A stretch of DNA of 52,329 nucleotides. Source: Eremomyces bilateralis CBS 781.70. Taxonomy: Eukaryota. Shown piece by piece: positions 11,815 to 21,855 of this stretch (position 1 is the first letter of the stretch; each line of letters starts with the position of its first letter). The translations under genes were made by a program, and so were the position numbers. The notes below the pieces were generated by a model. It did not search any database and was not told where the DNA came from. It saw nothing but the letters and a program-made list of their open reading frames with translations. Location of the stretch: NCBI GenBank assembly GCA_010015585.1, contig ML975193.1; one strand, 5' to 3'.

Positions 11815-12335
11815 GATGTCACCAATCTCCGCATAGCGTAATAGGCTCGTCTAGTCTATGAGAAAATCGAGCGACAGGTACACATGAGGCCCGACAAGGG
11901 AATTATTCTATGGGTTTCAGGAGCCAGTGGAGAGAAGTGCTATGGTTTCGTGGAGTTGATATCATCAGTTTGTTGGATAGCAAACGCGAATCGCGTCTCG
12001 TCCCGCGAGTCATGACACATGCAAGTCGTCTTATTCAGGCAATAAGAATACAAGGCATCAAGGGCACTCATAGCACGTGACCAGATCCAATTAGTCATAA
12101 TTATTGTCGCCTTACTGCCCTACTGCCTTAATGCCTTATACCCTCTTCCCTAGTTCTGCCTAACGTCTGCCCCACCAAATCGCAACGATGTAGAAAAGCC
12201 GTCGCAGAAGGCGATGGTCTCTCATTGAATTTTCCCCTGGCCGACGAAGAATCCATCGAGTCACTCCTGGCTATCTCTTCGTCCTTTCACCACCTCCGCT
12301 ACCTGTCTTCGAATCCCCTTACGACCGAACCGACC

Positions 12336-14616
12336 ATGGCGGACCTTAATTCTTGGGAAGACGATAAAGACGCCCAGGATGATGCCAACCTTGCTCAGAG
12401 GACAGCGCAACAGCTCCAGATGAACGCTGGTCCTGGAGGGGCATATACGCCGAATGTTGGTGCAAATTCCTTTCAGCCAGGCGCCTCGTCTTTCCAGCCC
12501 CAAAATTATGGCCAATATGGTGGATACGCTGGTGGGCAATATCAGCAATCCTACGATCAAACCGGATATAGTGGGCAACAGCAACAATATGGACAATACC
12601 AACAGTACAATCAACAAGGCTATGGCGGCTATGGTGGGCAACCCCAAGCTGGGGTTTACGGCAACTACCAGGCGCCACCACCGCAGCAGGTCTCACAGCA
12701 AAGACAGACTCCGGTCATTGCAAAGAGACCAGCTGGCGAATCCGATCCCTCTGCCGCACCGAAATCACAAGAGAAACCTGCCTCGGGTGCACCCCCTAAG
12801 GCCAAGGTGTTGTCTGTGACTGGAGACACTTCCGCCCCTCCTAAAGCTAAGGTTCTCTCTATTACCGGTGATACCAAGACTCCAAAGGTTGAAAAGGCTG
12901 GACAAACGAAAGTTTTGACTTTGGGAACCACTGTCCCGCCAGCGTCTCAGTCATCGGCGAAGGAGAATGTCGACAAATCCGAACCTGCAGCCGGATCCAA
13001 AGTCACGGCGGCGAAGGCTCTGGAGAAGGCCGGCGAGGGTTCCTCCTCATCGCCAACTGCTGGCTCCGGGAAGTCTTCTCCCACGGGACGAAGCAGCCCA
13101 GGACGCAGCAGTCCTCAACGAGCAGAGGCCCGTCAAGCGGCTCGGGTAGCCGATGCAGTCCAGAAAGAGCAGGAGGACTTGATCGACGAAAATACCCTCA
13201 AAGAAATCTACGGAAAGGAGCACGTCAACGTGATTTTCCTGGGTCATGTCGATGCGGGGAAGAGCACTTTGGGCGGAAGCATCCTTGTCGCGACGGGAAT
13301 GGTTGATGAGCGAACCCTGGACAAGTACCGAAGAGAGGCGAAAGAAGCAGGCCGAGAAACCTGGTACCTTTCGTGGGCCTTGGATCTGACCAAAGAGGAG
13401 CGCTTGAAGGGCAAAACGGTCGAGGTTGGGCGAGGGTTCTTCGAAACCGACAGGCGGCGCTATAGTATCCTCGATGCTCCTGGCCACAAAACCTTTGTTC
13501 CCAACATGATCGGAGGTGCTAGTCAGGCTGATGTAGGCGTACTGGTCATTTCGGCACGAAAGGGCGAATACGAGACCGGCTTTGAAAAGGGTGGGCAAAC
13601 AAGAGAGCATGCCATGCTTGCGAAAACGCAGGGTGTCAACAAGCTCATCGTGGTTGTGAACAAGATGGACGATATTACCGTGGAGTGGAGTGAGGAAAGA
13701 TATAAAAACATCCAATCGAAGCTCACGCCTTTCTTGAAAGGCGTCGGATACAATCCAAAAGGTGAGGATCGAACCGGCAATTATGTGAAACGTACTGACA
13801 GACGCAGATCTTATCTTCATGCCGGTCTCCGCACAAACAGGGTTGGGAGTGAAGCAACGCGTTACCAATGACAAATGCTCATGGTACGATGGGCCTTCAT
13901 TGCTTGAAACGCTGGACAACATGAAAACCCTGGAACGCAAGCTCAACGCCCCATTCATGATGCCCATCGCCGCCAAGTATAAGGACATGGGCACCATGAT
14001 TGAAGGCAAGATTGAGTCGGGAGTCATCAACAAATCCGGGAATTACCTGATGATGCCGAATCGAGAGAGTATCTCGATTTCCGCACTCTACGGTGAGACC
14101 GAAGAGGAGATTCCGCGATCCGCCTGCGGTGACCAGGTCCGGCTCCGGATTCGCGGCGCTGAAGAGGAAGACATCCTGCCCGGATTTGTCCTGTGCTCTC
14201 CGAAGCGACCGGTCCATTGCGTCAACGCGTTCGAGGCGCAGATCGTCCTGCTGGATCTGAAGTCGATCTTGTCCGCCGGGTACAACTGCGTCATGCACGT
14301 GCACGCGGCGACGGAAGAGGTCACGTTCACCGCCCTCCTGCACAAATTGGAGAAAGGCACGGGACGCAAGAGCCGAAAGGCGCCCGGGTTCGCCACGAAG
14401 GGAATGAGCATCATCGCCCGATTGCAGATCACCGGCGCATCGGGCAATGTGTGCGTGGAGCGATTCGAGGATTATCCTCAGCTTGGACGGTTCACATTGA
14501 GGGATCAGGTTCGTGATTCGTGTTCTTCGTATCGGGTGTTTACTGACAATATCCAGGGACAAACCATCGCCATCGGGAAGATCACCAAGCTTATTACTGA
14601 TGAGACCCCTGCGTAA
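12336..14616 (+). CDS. SUP35: Eukaryotic release factor 3 GTPase
   Basis: Q/G/Y-rich N domain, charged M domain, GHVDAGKST, DAPGH and NKMD GTPase motifs. Introns at about 13762-13808 and 14509-14556. Confidence 0.97.
12790..12880 (+). repeat. Tandem duplication in the Sup35 M domain (APPKAKVLS[V/I]TGDT x2)
   Basis: Two near-identical peptide units with diverged synonymous codons; a third degenerate KVLTLG follows. Confidence 0.75.
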
Positions 14617-14956
14617 ATGACCGCTCATGTCCATGCATCAGAACCCCTCAATCCTTGAGATCAGGGGGACCTAAAACTCCTGGATAGGCGTTTGATCGAG
14701 GAATACACACCTCAAGAAAATGATAAGATGTTACAATTGATCCGATCCCTACATGTGATGCTAGTAGACATTTTAGAGAGATCGATGCAGCTAAGCAACC
14801 GCAAGTTATCTATTTGATATTGCAGATAGAAGACCGTCTGATGAGTATGTCTATGCACTTGCCCGTATCGAGAAATGTAGCTGTCCCTTTTCTCGTCAAT
14901 GAGGCTTTTCCTGCCCAAGTGGCCACCAGGGCTAGAGGAGGCGTGGCAAGAAATGA

Positions 14957-16867
14957 TCAACAGCAAAAGTACCTCGAACGCCGCGAGCTCTTCCGTCCGT
15001 CTCTGCTTGTTAACTCTCGTTGCCGGGATTTATACATGCAAAACCCACCAGGAGGGACCATTACCTGCACAGCCGCACCGGCCGCTTTCTTCTCAACTGT
15101 TAGGGACGCCTTTCCCTTTGGATATAACGGTTCAAACGTTACTCCCGGCGGCTTGCTACCTCCATTGACACGAACCCAGGCCGACTGCTCTGAGTCTCCG
15201 TCCGTGTTGATCGCACAGAGGATCTCCACATCGTCGAAAATCCGCGACCACGCTACGACCGATCGCATGGGGCCACGGGGGTATTTGACCGGGTAGCCGA
15301 ACGCAGCCCCGTCTCTCGAGATCTTACGCAGATACTGCCGCCCCCGTCTCAACGCCAGCTCCGTTTTCCGAATCTCAGCAATTTCCGCGATCGCCCGATA
15401 CACCGCGAACTCCTCGTTGAAGAAGTGCCGATCCCTCGACCGGAACGCGCCGAAACCGCCGCCGAACATGGCCTCGCGAATATAGCGGTCGTCGCTGCCG
15501 GTCCCGTCGAAGCACTGCTCGCTACCGTAGTAGATGCAGGGAATGCCCACAGTGCACAGGTTCATGGCTTCGGCGGCGAGGATGGTCTTCTTGCCGTCGC
15601 CGCAACAGTAGCGGGATTTTTGGGACGGGTTCCAGACTTGGTCGTGGTCGTCCACCATGCAGACGATCGTGTCGCGGAACCAGGCGTGCGCGCCTCGATT
15701 CATATAGGCGGAGTTGGTGAACATGCCGAAGTACCCTTTAGGGGATACCAATCCCCGTGGTAGCTTCCAGAGCTGCTCTTGGATACCGCCGACGCCTAAC
15801 GCTGCGTCGATGCCGGTAGTTTCAACGGTCTCAAATACCCGGTCTCCGAGGATTTCACCTATCAGGATAAAGTTGTCTTTGCCTAGACTTTGTGCGAACT
15901 CGTGGATTCGAGTGGCGAAGTACCGTGTTGGTCCATCGCCCATATGCTTGACGGTATCAATTCGGAATCCGTCCACATCCGCATATGCCATCCAGAACTG
16001 GTACACTTCGACCAATGCCAGCAACGCCGGCGTGGGAGCGAATCCTTCCAGTTGGTGTTGTCCAAGGTTGATGTCCTTTAAATCGAAGAAATCGCCATCG
16101 ACACATTGTGGATATTCATCCCAACCATCCGAGCGAATGGAGCCCTTTCTCGTGAAGCAGTTCTTCGATTGCAGCTCGGATGGCCACACCGCACCGTCGG
16201 GATACGCTGACAGATGTGCAGCAACGGCATCCGGATCCATGTCGATGTTCGGGACTCTCTGAGCGTCGAAGAACCCTTCCACAGGGAACTCTTCCCCGGT
16301 GTATTCTTTCGCGCCACCTTGATATTCCCACACATTCCCCGCGTGATTCAAGATGATGTCTAACAGCACATATATTCCCATCTCATGCGCTTCCCGGACC
16401 AGCTCCCGCAGATCTTCACGAGTGCCGAATCGAGGGTCGATGTTGAGAAAGTCTTGCACGCCATATCCGTGATACGTCTCTAAACCGGCAACCTGCTTGA
16501 AAATGGGTCCGACCCAAATGGCCCCGATCCCTAACCGTTTCAAGTAGCCGAGTTTGGTTCTCATACCGGTGATAGTGCCGCCAGCGAAGCGAACACCGGC
16601 CTCCTGCCACAGTGCCTCGTCTTGGGGGTTTCGGACCGCATTCCCGGCATCCGAAGGTTGAAACAGAGGAGTTTGACTGGTGGATTCAAATTGGCTAGAT
16701 GAGGAGTGATATCCTCGCTCATTGCCATCGGAGAATCGATCTGGGAGAAGGAAATAAAGAACCTGGTCCTCCCAGTTGGACGGCGAAGGATGGTATATTC
16801 TATCGTTGCGTCGGCTTGAAAGAAAGGCTTGGATTCTTGGGTCTGATAATGATCGAATAGAATCCAT
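14957..16867 (-). CDS. GH13 alpha-amylase-family glycoside hydrolase, intronless, no signal peptide
   Basis: YFLLPDRF, YHGYG, DIILNH, catalytic GFRIDTVKH, GEIL, DDHD and GIPCIYYGSEQ. Confidence 0.93.
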   Translation of the reverse strand: MDSIRSLSDPRIQAFLSSRRNDRIYHPSPSNWEDQVLYFLLPDRFSDGNERGYHSSSSQFESTSQTPLFQPSDAGNAVRNPQDEALWQEAGVRFAGGTITGMRTKLGYLKRLGIGAIWVGPIFKQVAGLETYHGYGVQDFLNIDPRFGTREDLRELVREAHEMGIYVLLDIILNHAGNVWEYQGGAKEYTGEEFPVEGFFDAQRVPNIDMDPDAVAAHLSAYPDGAVWPSELQSKNCFTRKGSIRSDGWDEYPQCVDGDFFDLKDINLGQHQLEGFAPTPALLALVEVYQFWMAYADVDGFRIDTVKHMGDGPTRYFATRIHEFAQSLGKDNFILIGEILGDRVFETVETTGIDAALGVGGIQEQLWKLPRGLVSPKGYFGMFTNSAYMNRGAHAWFRDTIVCMVDDHDQVWNPSQKSRYCCGDGKKTILAAEAMNLCTVGIPCIYYGSEQCFDGTGSDDRYIREAMFGGGFGAFRSRDRHFFNEEFAVYRAIAEIAEIRKTELALRRGRQYLRKISRDGAAFGYPVKYPRGPMRSVVAWSRIFDDVEILCAINTDGDSEQSAWVRVNGGSKPPGVTFEPLYPKGKASLTVEKKAAGAAVQVMVPPGGFCMYKSRQRELTSRDGRKSSRRSRYFCC

Positions 16868-17435
16868 TCGTCCTTATTCAACAATAACAATCGTTCCGCC
16901 AGGTAGGAAAGTCGAACGAAACGCGGTTGTAAGGACGGTTAGAAACGGAGATCAAATCGCACATGCATGCCACTGAGCGATATGGGCCGGTCGAGAATAT
17001 TAAAAATTGACGATGAATGAGAACGTGGAAAGAGACAAGACATTTTTATTAAAAGGACGATGGTTTATTTGTTTTCTTTCATTGTTAACTAATGATAATA
17101 GGACATGTTAGCTGAGACATGACAGAGGGTGATCACTTGGCCCTCTCCGGTCAGCTCTCAGCTGGCGTTCGTTAGCCCGTGTCTGAGCTTCATCCCAAGA
17201 AACGAACGTTTAAAAATTGTATTTAATTTACCACTGGGCACGAGAACGCATCTTCGGCACCTTGAAGACCAGTTCGGCTCATGCCATCTGTCAGGTTCCT
17301 CGAAAGTCTGAAGCACGAGGACATCGAGCATCATGCGTGATGCTTGGGAATTCTGATACTCGGATGTCAAAGGACCTGGTGCTGCAACCATGATCTCCGC
17401 CATGGATCTGGGCACAGGGAGCCCGACTTACCGTC

Positions 17436-17561
17436 CCTCCGCAAAAGTTTCCGTTAAACTGGCATTTCGACCGCCAAGGTTGTAGAGATAGAGGGTTTGT
17501 TATTTGTAAAACCATCAGTCTTGGAGAGAAAGGCCGGTTTAACGGAGATTTTTGCGGAGGA
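17436..17561. promoter_or_regulatory. Imperfect 28-bp inverted repeat, each arm containing CGG-N9-CGG (Zn2Cys6-type site)
   Basis: The reverse complement of about 17435-17462 (CCAGTTTAACGGAAACTTTTGCGGAGGG) matches 17534-17561 (CCGGTTTAACGGAGATTTTTGCGGAGGA) at 24/28 positions. Confidence 0.55.
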
Positions 17562-18131
17562 TTCTAAAGGCAATCATGCTTACAACTTCACAGGTGCGTA
17601 CCTAATCCATATTATGTTATGTTCGATGAATTCCTCCAGAGTCCAGACATGGAGCTTCGAAAGGTCAGGATATGTCACCCTGATGAGAACAATCAACCCG
17701 ATCTAGACTCGTTGCAGCGGACGGAATAATTAGGGCGTCCCTTGCTGTGGATGCTCCAAACCCCCATCCAAGGTCAAGGCATTTGGCAATCAGCTCTTTG
17801 ATGATATTATTAAACACCCTCTGTGGCTGCATCACGACCACCATGATTCGTCGAACGCTCCGGTCCACAGAGGAGACCTCGTATTTCAAGGCTCAGCCCG
17901 GTCCAAACTTCGCATTCGGTCATAGCTTTTCGTATTTCATACTTCCAAGTCGTTCATTCTGCATATCATGGACAGAGTTTTGTATTGAGAACTTGAACGG
18001 GACATTCAACCCCTCATTTGACATAATTATGCCAGTCCGAAAAAGCAGAACCGGAATGGCCCCAGCGGACTAACGCATGAAAATGTCAACCAAAGCCCAT
18101 CTCTAATACGAGTTCTCGAAGGAAATGCAAG

Positions 18132-19949
18132 ATGGGAAGTATCCAGTTCCCTGACGCCCAACCGCCGTACGGTTTTGATGGCGACCCCGACATTTATGGT
18201 CTCGGGATCCGCGTCGGCTACTACACCCAGATCCTCTCCGTCTGGGTCGCCAACTACTGGGTGCCGCAAGAGGCCTCGTTCCTCCACTCGATCAACGTGA
18301 TGTTCCTCGCCGCGATGCTGCTCGCGGTGGGTTTCCTGGCCAGCCGCATCCCCGATGTCTTCGCGGTGGAGGTGTTCCTGCTGATCAACATTAGCTTTTC
18401 CATGGCAATTTTCGGGACGGATGCGCGGTTCGTGCGGGGGGCGCTGCCGTGGGAAACGCGGGTGACGCATAAGGTCGTCGCGCAGTTGGTTGGTCTCGGA
18501 CTTGGAGGCTACAATTTGTGGTTTTGGAATGTCGGCCTGCATCGGATGAAAGCGACGAATTCTATCTACGGGACCCAAGTGTTTTGGTACGCACAGGGCG
18601 ACCTGTTCGGGGCGATCAAGATCGCGAACCAAGTCGTGGGCCCGCTCTACGCGCTTCTGACAATCTCTATCCTTATGATCACCGTCGTCAGCGGGTATCA
18701 CAACTTCAGGCTCGACCGTTGTTGCACGGAAGAAGCGTTTACCGCGCTAGAAGAGAAGATGCTTGCTGAGCTATCAAACTACGGCGATTTCGTGGACGTG
18801 TCGATGAAGAGGAAAAAGCACGCACCTTCGATCCGCTCCTGTCTAAACTCTATCAAACACAGTTCGTCTGCCTGGGATGCCAAGGAACCAGAAGGGAACA
18901 AAGCCCAGTTCAGACACAGAGGGTCCCATTTGGAAGTCCATGGCGCATGCTGCCAGGGATCCACTCACTCAAAGGGGCTTTCCCGCGTGTCAATTGAAAT
19001 CTCTAAGCCCGTTGATGGCATAAATCCTGACGAGATGGTATCAAAGCACCTTGCTGTCGACGCGAGCAAACCCGCGTCGTCCCTTTCCACGCCGAATCAC
19101 AAATGTAAGCTCGACCATTCCAGGAAAGAATCATCGCACGTCTCAACGCAGTCTCCCACATCCGCCGTTCCAACGATTTACAGTCCTCAGGGGCTTTCCG
19201 CGCAAAGTCTGGCCGTCAACCAGCCGCCCCCTCATCCCGATGGAATCCCAACACTCCATGACATCCTCATCACAGATGTCTATCTCAGCGAGCAATTAGG
19301 TCCAGACAGACCGCTCCCACCGATGCTATACCGCGCCTTCCTCTCGCCCGCCTACTTCTTCTACCTCATCTTCCTCCTCCTCCTCCACCCAACCCACCTC
19401 CCCACCTTCCTCCACCTCCTCCTCTACCTCTACAACACGTCTCCCCCCACCCCCACCCTCCACAGGCAACAAATACTCATCCACCACCTTCTCACCCCCC
19501 TCCGCCTCCTTCCCCCCTCATCTGCCCTCCAATTCGCCACCCGCCTCCGCATGTCCGCCCAGCCGCCCCCACCACCTTGCCCTGCCGACTGGATCTACGA
19601 CGCCGCCTCCACCATAGCCGTCTGCATCGTGCTGACCATCGGCACCGAGTTGACGCTGCAGTGGAATGAAATCCGGGGTGTGCATTCGATGGGGTCGGCG
19701 GGGCAGCTGGTGCCGTTTGTGTTGGGGGTAGGGGGGTTGGTAAAGGTGGTGTGGGCAGCGGTGACGAGGGGAAGGGGGCCGGGGGGGAGAAGGGGTGACG
19801 GGGGGTGTGAGTGGACCTGTGCGGAGGAGGGGAGGAGGGAGAGGTGGGTGGGTTGCGCGGAAGTGTATTTTCGGTGGAGGGCGGCAGTGGAGAATGGGAG
19901 ACAGGGAGGGGCGGCGATGGAGAAGGTGGGGGATCCAGCTGCTGTTTGA
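18132..19949 (+). CDS. Multi-pass membrane hypothetical protein
   Basis: 605-aa ORF with N-terminal GDPDIYGLGIRVGYYTQ, several hydrophobic helices and C-terminal ELTLQWNEIRGV...AGQLVPF, seen in fungal membrane proteins of unknown function. Confidence 0.75.
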   Translation: MGSIQFPDAQPPYGFDGDPDIYGLGIRVGYYTQILSVWVANYWVPQEASFLHSINVMFLAAMLLAVGFLASRIPDVFAVEVFLLINISFSMAIFGTDARFVRGALPWETRVTHKVVAQLVGLGLGGYNLWFWNVGLHRMKATNSIYGTQVFWYAQGDLFGAIKIANQVVGPLYALLTISILMITVVSGYHNFRLDRCCTEEAFTALEEKMLAELSNYGDFVDVSMKRKKHAPSIRSCLNSIKHSSSAWDAKEPEGNKAQFRHRGSHLEVHGACCQGSTHSKGLSRVSIEISKPVDGINPDEMVSKHLAVDASKPASSLSTPNHKCKLDHSRKESSHVSTQSPTSAVPTIYSPQGLSAQSLAVNQPPPHPDGIPTLHDILITDVYLSEQLGPDRPLPPMLYRAFLSPAYFFYLIFLLLLHPTHLPTFLHLLLYLYNTSPPTPTLHRQQILIHHLLTPLRLLPPSSALQFATRLRMSAQPPPPPCPADWIYDAASTIAVCIVLTIGTELTLQWNEIRGVHSMGSAGQLVPFVLGVGGLVKVVWAAVTRGRGPGGRRGDGGCEWTCAEEGRRERWVGCAEVYFRWRAAVENGRQGGAAMEKVGDPAAV

Positions 19950-20895
19950 GATGACTGAGTACAGTTGCAGCGGAAGGGTGTCCGACTGCCGCTTGGGGTA
20001 ATGTTCAAATAATGAATGGGTCCAAGCGTTGAAGTGCCGAATGCACGATTATCAGGGCCACACTCCAAAAACTGGTTTAGTAGCCCTTTTTCACCACCTA
20101 CAGCTTTCGGGCACTGGACGATCTGACTACGACTCTCACTTTCGGCCTAAAGTCAGGAATATGGATGAAAGAGATCGCATTTCAATTGCCTAAGAACAAC
20201 TACATGCCAATAACGGGCGTACGATACCTGGGAGAACGACGACTATCGCGGTCTGGGTGGTCTCGCCTGGTCTCGCCTGGTCATATGGAGGATCAGCAGA
20301 TCAGTCGACATACGCTAAGATGGCGGAGTTGCGATGCCTGCTGGGTGTGTAGGTTGTATCACTTGTGTGAGAACGCACTTGGGCATTGGGCCGTTGTAAA
20401 GCGCGGATAGGATATCCCTCTTTCGTCAACAATAATATGGGGTTCAAACAGGTACGGCTCCTTGGGCGGCGATAAATATGCGTAGACGTACGACGACGGG
20501 GTATTCCAGCACAATGATAATTCTGAAACGGCGCCCGACGACCGACGACCAGGAGAGTATTGAACGTAGCATGGCAAAGTATGATAAATTTAGCAATTTG
20601 TGGTACGCTCGCTGTATTCGGAATGAATGCTCACCTCCAGTCCACGACTGACAAGCCATCCCTCGTCAATTTCATCGGACGAAAATAAGCCCGTTTTTCG
20701 TGATTATGCCATGCCATGCCATGCCATGTGTGCCGTGTTAGACGATTCTGAAATATCCCAGCTATTAGCCTCTTCTCTTTGATGAGAATGAAAGAGACGA
20801 AGGGAGGTATGGAGATTCGCCCTGAAACTCGGTACGGCCAACTCGATACTCGGACTGCCATTAATAGACGGAACCGCCGTGTTGATGTGACGGGT

Positions 20896-21855
20896 TTAGT
20901 ATTCGTCTTCGCCGTATTCGTGGATATGCCGACTCCTCGACGGATCCTTCCGCATCGCCTGTCCCGAGCCTGTGAATCCAACTATGCGGTCGTCAGCATC
21001 TCGTCCCCCGAAGTCAAAAGAACCACCACCACCTACCTCTCGCATTAACCCCCTCCCCCGTCCGAAACATACTCTCCTTCCTCTTCCCCTTCCCAAACTT
21101 CCCCTTCGCATTGAAATCCTGCCACTTCGACTTCGACGCCTCCAGCTCCTTCCGCGCCTTTACCTTCCTCGGCACCTTCGCCACCTTCTCCACCTCCTCC
21201 CCCCGTCCCCCCTCCCGCCTCGCCTCCTTCGCCAACTCCGGATCAATCGCCGCCGCCGCTGAGATGACGTTCGCGTTGTCCGCTGGTAGCGCCGCCTCCT
21301 CCGCCTTGCGCTTCCGTCCGGCGTGGGCCGTCGGTAGGGGTTTTAGCTCGTGTGCGCGCGCCGTTTCAGTGTTGTTGTAGGATTTGAAGACGACGGTGTA
21401 CACGGGAGCGGCGGCGGAGCCGGTGATGGAGGTGATGCGCGCGGGGTAGAATTTGCGGTCGCCGGAGGTCCATTGGGCGAGGACGGGGTCGTTGACGGCG
21501 TAGGTGATGGCGGGAGAGGGCTGGTCGGTGGGGTGGGGGGTGTCTGGTTTTCGGTGGCTGACATCAGGGCCGGGGTCGCGGGTCCATTTGTCTTTGGAGG
21601 AGGGGGGTTTGGCGGGTTCGGAGGCGGCGGTGGCTTTTAGTTCGGCGACTTCGTCGCGTTGGAGGGCGAGGATTTGGTTGAGTTCGTCTTTTAGGGTATT
21701 GAGTTCGGCGCTTTCGGAGTCGCCTTGTAAGGCGGAGAGGACGGTTTCGAGCTGGGGTTTCAGAGGTCAGCGAGGGAGAGGGTGGATGGAGGGGGACCTA
21801 CCTGTTCTTCATATTCTTTGATTTCGGCTTCACGGGTGGCGATTTGGGAAGCCAT
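20896..21855 (-). CDS. SPF30: Tudor-domain splicing factor SPF30/SMNDC1; 3 exons
   Basis: N-terminal EYEEQLETV..ALQGD, Tudor LAQWTSGDRKFYPARI, C-terminal KKESMFRT-like stretch and VGFTGSGQAMRKD. Confidence 0.85.

Noticed and set aside
13047..14634. Long antisense ORFs over SUP35, and similar ones over YAP1, the Zn2Cys6 gene and chitin synthase
   Set aside because: These are shadows of GC-rich codon usage on the true coding strand and have no recognisable motifs.
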